Shown: positions 19,627 through 29,004 of the stretch, piece after piece
How the letters are laid out: the number at the start of each line of letters is the position of its first letter
Numbering within the stretch: the first letter of the stretch is position 1
Source: Terriglobia bacterium
GTDB lineage: Bacteria > Acidobacteriota > Polarisedimenticolia > Polarisedimenticolales > JAIQFR01
Direction of reading: 5' to 3'
DNA: 64,000 nt
Assembly: GCA_963748015.1 (NCBI GenBank)
Contig: CAVVHE010000005.1
Location: 192,001-256,000, forward strand
Position numbers and translations under genes: made by a program
Notes under the pieces: generated by a model
Database searches by the model: none
Seen by the model: only the letters and a program-made list of their open reading frames with translations
Told to the model about the DNA's origin: nothing

Positions 19627-20789
19627 AAAATCTGGTTCCAACACAGACGCGTGCAGACTTAAGCGCGCCGAGCCCGGGCTCGGACTATTGTGTTCAGACC
19701 GGGCCATTTGCGCCCGGTGTCTGGAGTGAGGTGCTGGGTGCGTTCAGTGATGCCAATATCTTCCAAGCGTGGTCCTACGAGGCTGTCCGCAGCGGATCGT
19801 CGAACGTGTCCCACCTGGTGCTTAAGCGCGGTGCCGTTCCCGTGGCGGCCGCGCAGGCCCGCCTGGTTCGAATTCCCTGCCTCGGAAGCCGCCTGGCCTA
19901 TATCCGGTGGGGACCACTGTGGCAGTCGCGAGGAGTTGACCCGGATGTGGAGGTTTTTCGCGAGGTGGTGCGCGCGCTTCGCCGCGAATATGTGGAACGA
20001 CGTCGAATGGCCATCCGAGTGGCGCCTCACATCGAGGAGAGCGAGTGTGGAACCCATCGCGCCATTCTGGAGCAGGAGGGATATGTCGAGCTGGCCCGGC
20101 GGACACCTTACCAGACGATCCTCATGGACATCCGGCCTTCTTTGGAGGAACTGAATCGTGGTCTGCATCAGAAATGGCGCAACTGCCTGAGCGGAGCCCG
20201 CAAGCGCAATCTGGAAGTGGTGGAGGGCGAAGGAGATGAATTATTCAGGGAGTTTGAATCGATCTACTCGGATATGCTCGATCGCAAGCAATTCAGCAGC
20301 GCTGTCAAACCCTCACAATTTCGGAGGATCCAACAAGAGCTTCCTTCTGGTGAAAGGCTCCATGTGGTCGTCTGCCGAACGGAGGGCAGAGCCTGTGCCA
20401 GCGTCATCTCGTCTGCCATCGGATCCCAGGGACTCTACCTGCTGGGCGCCACGAGCACATCGGGAATGAAAACCAACGGATCCTATTTGGCGCAGTGGAG
20501 GACTATCGAGTGGCTCAAAGAACGGGGGTGCCTTCGCTACAATCTACACGGCATCAACCCAAGGCAGAACGAGGGGGTTTACCGGTTCAAGTCCCGCTTG
20601 GCGGGGGAGCATGGCCGCGAGGTTCACTTCCTGGGGCAGTTCGACGCGTATCCAAACCGGTCAGTGAGGCTTCTTGTACGGTTTGCCGAGTTCGTGAAGC
20701 GACAGCTTAGCAGGAGGCAAGCGTGCCTTACAGGTGTATCCACGGCGGGACCACCAGCGACGAACAGAGATGCAGTCGGAAACGACTGA
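19623..20789 (+). CDS. FemABX-like peptidyl/aminoacyl transferase
   Basis: 'YIRWGPLW', 'HQKWRNCL', 'YLLGAT', 'YLAQWRTIEWLK', 'YNLHGI' and 'GVYRFK' match Fem-family motifs. Confidence 0.8.
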   Translation: MKNLVPTQTRADLSAPSPGSDYCVQTGPFAPGVWSEVLGAFSDANIFQAWSYEAVRSGSSNVSHLVLKRGAVPVAAAQARLVRIPCLGSRLAYIRWGPLWQSRGVDPDVEVFREVVRALRREYVERRRMAIRVAPHIEESECGTHRAILEQEGYVELARRTPYQTILMDIRPSLEELNRGLHQKWRNCLSGARKRNLEVVEGEGDELFREFESIYSDMLDRKQFSSAVKPSQFRRIQQELPSGERLHVVVCRTEGRACASVISSAIGSQGLYLLGATSTSGMKTNGSYLAQWRTIEWLKERGCLRYNLHGINPRQNEGVYRFKSRLAGEHGREVHFLGQFDAYPNRSVRLLVRFAEFVKRQLSRRQACLTGVSTAGPPATNRDAVGND

Positions 20790-20946
20790 GTTCTGTCGCC
20801 AGCCACATCCGCTCGGAGTTGATGGCCTTTTGTGTTGAGGTGCCGGGATTGATGCGGTCCGTGCAATCCCCAGGATTTACAACCCCGCAAGGAAGCATGG
20901 AGCTTCGAATGAGGAGATATTGACGCTGCACTATGGGGATGGCCTC

Positions 20947-22347
20947 ATGACACCACAAGGTGCACTGCTGATATGTGCGTTGTTCGTTTTGTCGCTTTTC
21001 GTCGCCGATCGGAAGCGGATCGGCACATTGTCCAGTGCACTCTGGATTCCGACCCTCTGGGTTGCCATCCTGGGTTCAAGACCCATCTCGACATGGTTTG
21101 GCCTGGGAGTCCACATCGAGAATCCGGATGACTACCTGGAAGGCAGTTCATTTGACAGGATTGTATTCCTTGCGCTGATTGGCGCCGGTGTGCTCGTGTT
21201 GGCTCGGCAACAGATAGACTGGCGCGCAATCATCGCCGCCAACAAGTGGATCTGTTTATACTTCCTGTACTTGGGCATCAGCGTAATATGGGCGGATTAT
21301 CCCTTCACCGCCTTTAAGCGATGGATCAAAGATCTCGGGAATGTTGTCATGGTGTTGGTGATGCTCAGCCAACCGGAGCCGCGTAAGGCGATGTGCGCCG
21401 TGCTTGCGCGGTGCTGTTACCTATTTCTACCCGCTTCGGTGCTCCTGATAAGATATTTTCCGGAACTCGGACGATCTTACAATCGCTGGACAGGTGAGGT
21501 CTTTAATGCCGGGGTGACGACATTCAAGAACCAGCTCGGGATGACCGTGATGGTATGTGCTACGTATCTGACCTGGGAGTTCCTAACCTCCAGGAGAAAC
21601 ATCGGGAGAACCCACAGCTACGTGGATCGTTTCAACCGATGCGTTCTGATCAGTATGGCGGTTTGGCTTCTTCACGTTGCCGACAGTGCGACATCATTGG
21701 CTTGCACGGTGCTGGCGTGTGGCACCCTGATGACTGTATGGTTGCCCGCCATCCGCGACAGACTAATCCGAATCCATTGGTATGCAGTAGTGGTCGCATT
21801 GTTGCTTCTGGTCGCGAGTGCTGTATTCGACCTTCCCGGCATTGTGCTCGCAGCAGTGGATCGTGACACAACGTTGACCGGCAGGACAGACATTTGGGAG
21901 TTGGCACTCGCGGAAAAGGTGAATCCCCTCTTTGGAGCAGGCTTTTACAGCTTTTGGACTGGAGAGAGAATCGCGAGATTCTGGGACATGTACGGTGTTG
22001 GTATGAATCAGGCCCATAATGGCTACTTAGAGACTTATCTCATTGGCGGGGTGGTGGGTGTCGGGTTGCTGATTGGGATGTTGCTCTCAGCCGGGGTGAG
22101 GGTTCGGAAGGCACTCCTGATCGACCTTGAATGGGGTAGCCTCCGGTTGGTGTTCTGGATCACCGCTGTGGGTCACAATTTCACTGAGGCATCATTCAGC
22201 AAAGTAGCCGTGCTGTGGTTTCTCTTGCTGGCGGTGATGATCGAATACCCACGACAGCGCATCGCGCTCAGTCGTGCGACCTTGGCGATGTCCTCTGAAC
22301 GGTCGGAGGAGTTGCGCCGGGGCACTGCTGCATGGGCACACGTTTGA
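20947..22347 (+). CDS. O-antigen ligase/Wzy-like polymerase
   Basis: Multi-TM protein with 'KNQLG', 'TLTGRTDIW', 'QAHNGYLE'. Confidence 0.85.
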   Translation: MTPQGALLICALFVLSLFVADRKRIGTLSSALWIPTLWVAILGSRPISTWFGLGVHIENPDDYLEGSSFDRIVFLALIGAGVLVLARQQIDWRAIIAANKWICLYFLYLGISVIWADYPFTAFKRWIKDLGNVVMVLVMLSQPEPRKAMCAVLARCCYLFLPASVLLIRYFPELGRSYNRWTGEVFNAGVTTFKNQLGMTVMVCATYLTWEFLTSRRNIGRTHSYVDRFNRCVLISMAVWLLHVADSATSLACTVLACGTLMTVWLPAIRDRLIRIHWYAVVVALLLLVASAVFDLPGIVLAAVDRDTTLTGRTDIWELALAEKVNPLFGAGFYSFWTGERIARFWDMYGVGMNQAHNGYLETYLIGGVVGVGLLIGMLLSAGVRVRKALLIDLEWGSLRLVFWITAVGHNFTEASFSKVAVLWFLLLAVMIEYPRQRIALSRATLAMSSERSEELRRGTAAWAHV

Positions 22348-22375
22348 GTGCCTGGCTTTGCACGTCTCGTCGTCC

Positions 22376-23404
22376 ATGATGGAAAGCAGGAGCACGACTA
22401 TCAGCAGCTCACCGAAAGCGAATCGCAACCTCGTCCTGGATTTCGCGAAGGGTGTTCTGGTCGCCATGATGCTGCTTTACCATTGGATTAACTACTTCGT
22501 CAGCACCGAAGGATTCATTTACAGGTACATCCGGTTTGTCACTCCATCCTTTATTCTCATAACCGGTTTCCTCATTTCGAGTGTTCTCCTTCCCAAGTAC
22601 AGAGACACAAGAGCTTCGCTTACCAGGCGAATGATCAAACGCGGATCGAAGTTGCTCATTCTCTTTACCGGGCTGAACCTGTTGGGAGGATTGGTGGTCA
22701 GCACCAACTATAACGGCAGCGATGTGGGTTGGCATGCATTTATCAGGAACGCGCCAACTATTTATGTTCAGGGAATGGGCGAAACGGCCGCATTCGAAGT
22801 TTTAGTGCCCATTAGTTATCTTCTGCTTGCCAGTCCACTGATCTTATCTGTAGCCCTGACACGGAGGCGCCTGATGTATGTGATATGCGTGCTGCCATTG
22901 GCACTGGTTCTGGCGCTTCGAACCAGAGGGGTGGTAAGCTATAATCTCGATCTGCTGGCTGTGGGCTTCCTTGGGCTGCTGGCCGGTTGCCAGCCGATCT
23001 CCAAGCCGGATGTGGTTGTCCGGAAGATCGGCTGGCTCGGCATGGCATACATTGTTTACCTTGCCCTCGTTTCGATGTGGGGCGTACCGTATCTCATGCT
23101 GTTGGTGAGTGCATTTCTGAACGTCCTGGTCATCTATTCGATTGGAATTCGATGGACCTGCGGCGGAGCGATACAGCAGCATTTAGTCTTGCTCGGGCGT
23201 TACTCACTGCTGGCCTACATTGCCCAGATCGCGGCGCTTCAGTTGTTGCGTAAGGTCTTGTCAGGAGCGGATAGCGATCTCGCGCGTTGGACGTTGTCAC
23301 TGGGCTGTACGGTAGTGTTAACCAGTGGCACGGTGATTGTAGTGGACCTGCTGAAGGCGCGCTCAGGACCGGCAGACGAGGTCTACCGGTTCGTCTTTAG
23401 TTAG
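22376..23404 (+). CDS. Membrane acyltransferase-like protein (Acyltransferase-3/OpgC-like)
   Basis: About 10 TM segments, 'LDFAKG...H', 'FILITG', 'LGRYSLLAY'. Confidence 0.6.
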   Translation: MMESRSTTISSSPKANRNLVLDFAKGVLVAMMLLYHWINYFVSTEGFIYRYIRFVTPSFILITGFLISSVLLPKYRDTRASLTRRMIKRGSKLLILFTGLNLLGGLVVSTNYNGSDVGWHAFIRNAPTIYVQGMGETAAFEVLVPISYLLLASPLILSVALTRRRLMYVICVLPLALVLALRTRGVVSYNLDLLAVGFLGLLAGCQPISKPDVVVRKIGWLGMAYIVYLALVSMWGVPYLMLLVSAFLNVLVIYSIGIRWTCGGAIQQHLVLLGRYSLLAYIAQIAALQLLRKVLSGADSDLARWTLSLGCTVVLTSGTVIVVDLLKARSGPADEVYRFVFS

Positions 23405-23431
23405 TGTGAGATCAGTGGGGCGTTCCATGTT

Positions 23432-25165
23432 CAGCAATTCTGCCCATGAACCTCAAAACATTTCTGCTGATTGCCAATGGCTTACGCAATTTGAGGTTCA
23501 AGGGAGCAACGCGCCCTTAAAAAGCGGGGAAGTTTCATTTTGAGACCTGGCAAGGCGATGGGCTGAGGAAGGTGAGGGTCGGGAAGGGGGGGCACCTCAT
23601 CGTCACTCTTTGTCACACAATTGTAACTTGTACTTTTGAGCCGCGTACCGGCATTGCTGGGCGCGTGAATTCGCGCGCCTTCGATCACCTCATCGAACGC
23701 CTGCGCTCTGTCGCCGCCGCGACTGCCGGACCGGCGCACCGGCGACAACACCCGCTATTGCCATGGCCGACATCGCCCTGGCGGCCTTCTGCGGTGTTCT
23801 TCACCCAGTGCCCCTCGTTCCTGAGCTTTCAGCGAGCCATGGAACAGGCCCGCGGCCGCAACAATGCCCGCTCCCTCTTCCAGGTCGAACAGCATCCCCA
23901 GCGACAATCACATCCGCCAGACGCTCGATCCGGTCGCGCCCGCATCATCTCTTCAGCCTGTTCGATGATCTGCACCAAGCCTTCGATCAAGCGGGCCTGC
24001 TGGAGCACATGCGCGCCGTGGAGCACACCCGGCTCATCGCGCTGGACGCCACCTGGTATTTCTCCTCCCAGTCCAAAAACATTCGTTGCCCCAACTGTTC
24101 GTGCATTCGACACGCCGACGGCCAGACCACGCATTTCCACAGCGCCATCACGCCGGTGATCGTCAGTCCGGGCCACCGCCAGGTCGTGCCGCTGCGCCCG
24201 GAGTTCATCACGCCGCAGGACGGGCAGGTCAAGCAGGACTGCGAAATCAACGCCGCCAAACGCTGGCTGGCCGCCCACGCCGAACGTTACTCCACCGGCA
24301 ACGACACCTTGCTGGGCGACGATCTTTACGCCCATCAACCCTTCTGCCGGCAGGTGCTGCTGCACGGGTTTCATTTTCTGTTCACCTGCAAGCCCGCTTC
24401 CCATGCCACCTCGCACCAATGGGTGGAAGGCTTGGAACCGGGCCGCCAGTTGCACACCTTGAAGCTGCGGGTCAAAGGCAAAGGCAACCGCTGGGAACAC
24501 CACCACTATCGCTGGGCCAACGGCGTGCCGCTGACCGACAGCGACGACGCCCTGAAAGTCAACTGGTGCGAACTGACGATCACCGATGCGGAGGGAGCGG
24601 TGCTTTACCGCAACTCCTTCATCACCGACTGGAACATCAGCGCCGACAACGTCGCCGGGCTGGTGGCCGCCGGGCGGGCGCGCTGGAAGATCGAGAACGA
24701 AAACAACAACGTGCTCAAGAACCAGGGCTATCACCTGGAGCACAACTTCGGTCACGGCAAGCAACATCTGTCCATCGCTGCTGGCGACGATGAACCTGCT
24801 GGCCTTTGGCCTGCACACCTTGCTGGAGTTGGCCGATGCAAGCTACCGGCTGATCCGCGCCACGGTGGGCGCGCGGCGGAGGTTCTTTCAGCACTGGAGG
24901 CGCTGACCACCTATCTGCATTTTGAGAGCTGGGAGCGGCTGATGGATTTCATGATGCGGGGACTGGAAATCGGCCCCTACGCCGTTCAAAAAAGCTAAGA
25001 CCGGCAGAGCCGGGAACCGACACGCTGCAGGGGCGTGAAGACTGTGCATTGTCTCTGACCACTCAAGAACCCTCAAAATATCCCCATCGACTCTTCCCCG
25101 GCACTACAACGCCCAGATGTTTCCAAAACCTCCCCGCGCTGGTAGCGCCAAAATGAGAATAGCTG
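23432..25165 (+). mobile_element. Insertion sequence (ISNCY-like) with frameshifted DDE transposase
   Basis: Ends CAGCAATTCT and AGAATAGCTG (9/10 inverted). Flanked by near-direct repeats TTCCATGTT (23423-23431) and TTGCATGTT (25166-25174). Confidence 0.75.
23665..24998 (+). pseudogene. ISNCY-like transposase with multiple frameshifts
   Basis: Coding pieces alternate frames (LPDRRTGDNTRY / MADIALAAF / VFFTQCPSFL / IPSDNHIRQTLD). Motifs 'IALDATWYFSS', 'LGDDLY', 'GRARWKIENE'. Confidence 0.8.
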
Positions 25166-25211
25166 TTGCATGTTCGGAGTTGCTTGTGATTCGGCAGAGG
25201 CTAATTTAATT

Positions 25212-25997
25212 ATGTCTGATTCAACTTCTCGGAAGATTCTTTTTTCTGCGGGTCGCTTGATCAGCAGCCCGCGGAGCAGTTTATCGTGGATTCGTCGTGG
25301 GCATCTTGCCAGGGACAGAGTTGTTGTCAGCCAGACCTATTGGTTTACGGGAATGTTGGCCAGGATTCCGTTGGCTGAGATCTTACCGGAATCCAGAGTT
25401 GTGGACGTGTGTCTGCCGCGGGCCTTTGACCGGAAGTACGGCACTTCCATCACGGCAGAGGAGGCCTGCCAGTTGGCCGCGATAGTGAAGTGTGTGGGTG
25501 CGAGGCAGATCCTGGAGATCGGCACGTACGATGGTAACACGACCCTGATCCTGGCTGCCAACTGCGATACGGTGGGCAGGGTCACGACCGTGGACCTGCC
25601 GCCAGACTTTGACCTGGAGACCGAGAGGTCAAGCTTGGTGTACGCAGAGGGTGAAGTCAACCTGACGCCCCGGGACGAGGTAGGCCGCCAGTATCGCGGA
25701 CATCCTCTCGAAGTGCGGATTCAGCAGGTTTTCGGTGACAGTGCTGCTCTGGATTGGGGGGCCTTCGGTGGTCCGTTCGACCTCATTTTCATCGATGGAT
25801 GTCATTCGGAACACTACGTGGATTCCGATACCAGGAACGCCCTTGCGCAGCTCGCTCCGAACGGCGCAATCGTCTGGCATGATTACGGCATGATCCCCGA
25901 TGTGTCGAAAGTCGTGGACCGGATCGCCCGGCAAAGGAAGGATCTGAGGGTATCCGCCTTGGAGGGCACTAGGCTCGCCTTGGGCATGCGATGTTGA
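25212..25997 (+). CDS. Class I SAM-dependent methyltransferase (Methyltransf_24-like)
   Basis: Motifs 'ILEIGTYDG', 'FDLIFIDGCH', 'IVWHDY'. Confidence 0.85.
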   Translation: MSDSTSRKILFSAGRLISSPRSSLSWIRRGHLARDRVVVSQTYWFTGMLARIPLAEILPESRVVDVCLPRAFDRKYGTSITAEEACQLAAIVKCVGARQILEIGTYDGNTTLILAANCDTVGRVTTVDLPPDFDLETERSSLVYAEGEVNLTPRDEVGRQYRGHPLEVRIQQVFGDSAALDWGAFGGPFDLIFIDGCHSEHYVDSDTRNALAQLAPNGAIVWHDYGMIPDVSKVVDRIARQRKDLRVSALEGTRLALGMRC

Positions 25998-26045
25998 CCC
26001 GCCATTGCTGCCCTTGTAGCACGCTTGTAACCCGGGAAAGCTTGA

Positions 26046-27851
26046 ATGTACGAAGCTGAAGTCAACGACATCTTCGAGCCGATAGGAAGCATTCCAGCAG
26101 CGATCCAGAACCGATTCGCGGAATACCGGCGTGAAATCTCTGCGCGAACCACCCTCCCCTGGGGTGAACATTGCACGGAGTGCAACTGGCCTACTTGCTA
26201 CACGTCCTGTGAACTCTATTCCCCCAGGACAGACGGGGCCTGTCGGCAGTTCTTGAACGGAATGGTGCGCATCGACTATGCCGAGGGCGTCAACCCTTAT
26301 CTGCTGAAACTGCAATTCAAGCAGTGGGCGAAACTGTGGACGGTGGGAAACCTCGAACTTCAGGACCCGTCCGTTGCCGCGAGGCGGGAAAAGCTGAACA
26401 TGGCGATTGGAGCACTGGGCCGCAAGCTGACGCTGCCGCGCCCTCTTCGGAGACGTGTCCTGGGCAAGATCAACTATCTGCGGCGCACCTCCGCGGAGAA
26501 GCGCAAAGAGCGCGGCATCCCGGATTACTTTGTCCTCGAGTGCTATAATCCTGAGCCGAAGCAGCTCGAACTCACGTTGACCGTGCGGCGGAGGGAACAA
26601 CCAGGGCATCCTCAGTTCCAGAGGAAACTTCGAGCCACGCCGGGATTCACGCGGGCTCGGGTGGTGTTTGGGGAGATGGCCACTGCGGTGGACATGAGTC
26701 AGGCGTTCGAAGTGGAAATCGTCCCGAACGATGCCGGCGGTTCGGTGCTTTACCTGGGACTGGCCGATTTCGTGAAGGAACGCCGCGACTTGTTTCGCCC
26801 CGGGACACCTAGTCCTCCGCGCAAGCTGTGGAAGTGCATCGTGTGGGATCTGGACAATACCCTCTGGGATGGAATCCTGGTGGAGGACGGAGTCAGTGGA
26901 ATCAGGCTCCGATCGGGCGTGCTGGATGTAATCAAGGAAACGGACCGCCGGGGCATTCTGCATTCCATTGCCAGCAAGAATAACCCTGAGGAAGCGATGA
27001 CAGTCCTGCGTCAGCTTGGCATTGACCGGTACTTCCTTCACCCTCAGATCAGATGGCAACCCAAGAGCCAATCCCTCGTCCAGATCGCCCAGCGCCTCAA
27101 CATCGGCGTCGAGACGATCGCCTTCGTGGACGACCAGGAATTCGAGCGAGAGGAGGTGCGATCGGCCATGCCGGACGTCGCCACGATCGACGCAGCACAC
27201 TACGCGACCATTCCCGAGCGTCCGGAGTGTTGCGTTCCGGTCACGGAGGAGAGCCGAAACCGGCGGCTGATGTATCGCGAGCAGCAGAAGCGGAAAGAGA
27301 CTGAGACCGCCTATGCGGGTGACTACCTGAAGTTCCTGCGGGACTGCCAACTCACCATCGACATGTCCCGGTTGAAGCAAGAGAACGTGGAACGTGTCTA
27401 CGAGTTGGCGCAGCGCACCAACCAGATGAACTTCTCGGGAAACCGTTACCCCCGAGAGCGGCTGAAGGAGATCATGGATACCCGTGGGTTGGACACTTAT
27501 GTGCTGAAGTGCACGGACCGATTCGGCAGCTATGGCGTCGTGGGCTTTGCTGTCGTTGAGACGAGTGAGCCGCGGTTACTGGACCTGATGTTCAGTTGCC
27601 GAATCCAAGGCAAGCGCGTCGAACACGCATTCCTATCCGCACTCCTGCAGCGATTCGTGGCAGGCCAGCGCCTCGATTTCCATGCCAATTATCGAAAAAC
27701 CCCCAAGAACACTCCCGCCGGCAGGGTTTTCGAGGAATTGGGTTTCGAGACCTGTGGTGAGAACGATGGGGTATCGTCCCTCGTATTTCGGCGCGGGCGG
27801 GAGATCCCGGATGACAAGATCATCCTGATACGGGAGGAGGGGTCCGATTAG
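26046..27851 (+). CDS. FkbH-like HAD-IIIC phosphatase/acyltransferase with Cys-rich N-terminal domain
   Basis: Motifs 'WDLDNTLW', 'IASKN', 'AFVDD', 'QRTNQMN', 'DRFG', 'SCR'. Confidence 0.88.
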   Translation: MYEAEVNDIFEPIGSIPAAIQNRFAEYRREISARTTLPWGEHCTECNWPTCYTSCELYSPRTDGACRQFLNGMVRIDYAEGVNPYLLKLQFKQWAKLWTVGNLELQDPSVAARREKLNMAIGALGRKLTLPRPLRRRVLGKINYLRRTSAEKRKERGIPDYFVLECYNPEPKQLELTLTVRRREQPGHPQFQRKLRATPGFTRARVVFGEMATAVDMSQAFEVEIVPNDAGGSVLYLGLADFVKERRDLFRPGTPSPPRKLWKCIVWDLDNTLWDGILVEDGVSGIRLRSGVLDVIKETDRRGILHSIASKNNPEEAMTVLRQLGIDRYFLHPQIRWQPKSQSLVQIAQRLNIGVETIAFVDDQEFEREEVRSAMPDVATIDAAHYATIPERPECCVPVTEESRNRRLMYREQQKRKETETAYAGDYLKFLRDCQLTIDMSRLKQENVERVYELAQRTNQMNFSGNRYPRERLKEIMDTRGLDTYVLKCTDRFGSYGVVGFAVVETSEPRLLDLMFSCRIQGKRVEHAFLSALLQRFVAGQRLDFHANYRKTPKNTPAGRVFEELGFETCGENDGVSSLVFRRGREIPDDKIILIREEGSD

Positions 27852-27867
27852 TGCCGCCGTCGCCAGC

Positions 27868-28656
27868 TTGTGGACCAGGGTTCGAGGTCGTTACCAGAGA
27901 ACGCTGTCGCGCCTGCTGTGCAGGCGTCCGATCGTGCTACGAAACCGGCAGCCACTGGTGTCGTTCACCTTTGACGACTTCCCGAAGTCGGCTCTGGAGT
28001 TTGGTGGCAGGGTTCTTCGCAAGCATGGACTGCGCGGAACCTACTATGCCTCGCTGGGTCTCATGGGACAGATGACACCCACTGGACAGATTTTCAGTTC
28101 TCAGGATTTACGCCGTGTGGTGGATGAGGGGCACGAATTGGGCTGTCACACCTTCGATCACTTTGACGCCTGGGAAACCCGGGCTGCGGCGTTTGAGGAA
28201 TCTGTCATTCGGAACACGCGCGCACTGCACGAACTGTTGCCGGGCATCGTCACCCGCACTCTCTCGTACCCGATGAGTCCGCCTCGACCTCACACCAAGA
28301 GAAGCATGCAAAGCCGGTTCGTGGGCTGTCGCGGCGGAGGGCAGACGATGAATGCCGGGACGATGGACCTGAACAACATGAGGGCATTCTTCCTTGAGCA
28401 GAGCCGGGGCGACATTGACGCGGTTCAGCGTTTAATCCACGCCAACCGCCGTGCCCGGGGATGGTTGATTCTGGCGACCCATGATATCTCGGAGGCTCCG
28501 ACTCCCTTCGGTTGTGCATCTGCCTTTTTCGAAGAGATTGCTGATCGCGTGGCTCGATCGGGTTCAAGAGTGTTGCCCGTGAGTGAAGTTCTTGGAGAAC
28601 TAATGCTCCCTGCACCTCCGACTCAGGATGCTCGTTTAGGATTCGCCCCGGGATGA
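27868..28656 (+). CDS. Polysaccharide deacetylase (NodB/CE4)
   Basis: Motifs 'SFTFDD', 'HELGCHT', 'SYP', 'ATHDI'. Confidence 0.85.
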   Translation: MWTRVRGRYQRTLSRLLCRRPIVLRNRQPLVSFTFDDFPKSALEFGGRVLRKHGLRGTYYASLGLMGQMTPTGQIFSSQDLRRVVDEGHELGCHTFDHFDAWETRAAAFEESVIRNTRALHELLPGIVTRTLSYPMSPPRPHTKRSMQSRFVGCRGGGQTMNAGTMDLNNMRAFFLEQSRGDIDAVQRLIHANRRARGWLILATHDISEAPTPFGCASAFFEEIADRVARSGSRVLPVSEVLGELMLPAPPTQDARLGFAPG

Positions 28657-29004
28657 AAGATGCCGGCTTGAAGTGTGCGGCTTCGAGCGTAATTATCGCA
28701 CAGACCTGTCCGGTTCTGATCTCGTCATGGCACATTTTGGCTCGAATTATCGGCGGAAGACTTGGTTTATTGTTGCTGATCGACACCAAGCAATCTCGAG
28801 TGCTGCTCCAACCTTCTGGGGTGGTGAGGTTTGTGGTGGTTGCGAGGCTCATCCGTGCACACTAGGACAGGGCTTGGCCTCCAACATGCTAACTGGTATT
28901 TAGCTTGGTCCGACGGATCGCTTGGACACTGGGGGGGCAATCGGCGGCGTGGAGTACGTTCCGACCTCAGTCGTTCGGTTTGAGTCGGTCAAGAGCATCA
29001 ACCA

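Noticed and set aside
28728..28743. TGGCAC...GC sigma54-like promoter upstream of the beta-helix gene
   Set aside because: GG-to-GC spacing is one base short of the strict -24/-12 geometry.
28653..28903. Short ORFs between the deacetylase and beta-helix genes as a possible acyl carrier protein for FkbH
   Set aside because: They have no DSL-type phosphopantetheine motif or acidic ACP composition and are probably non-coding.
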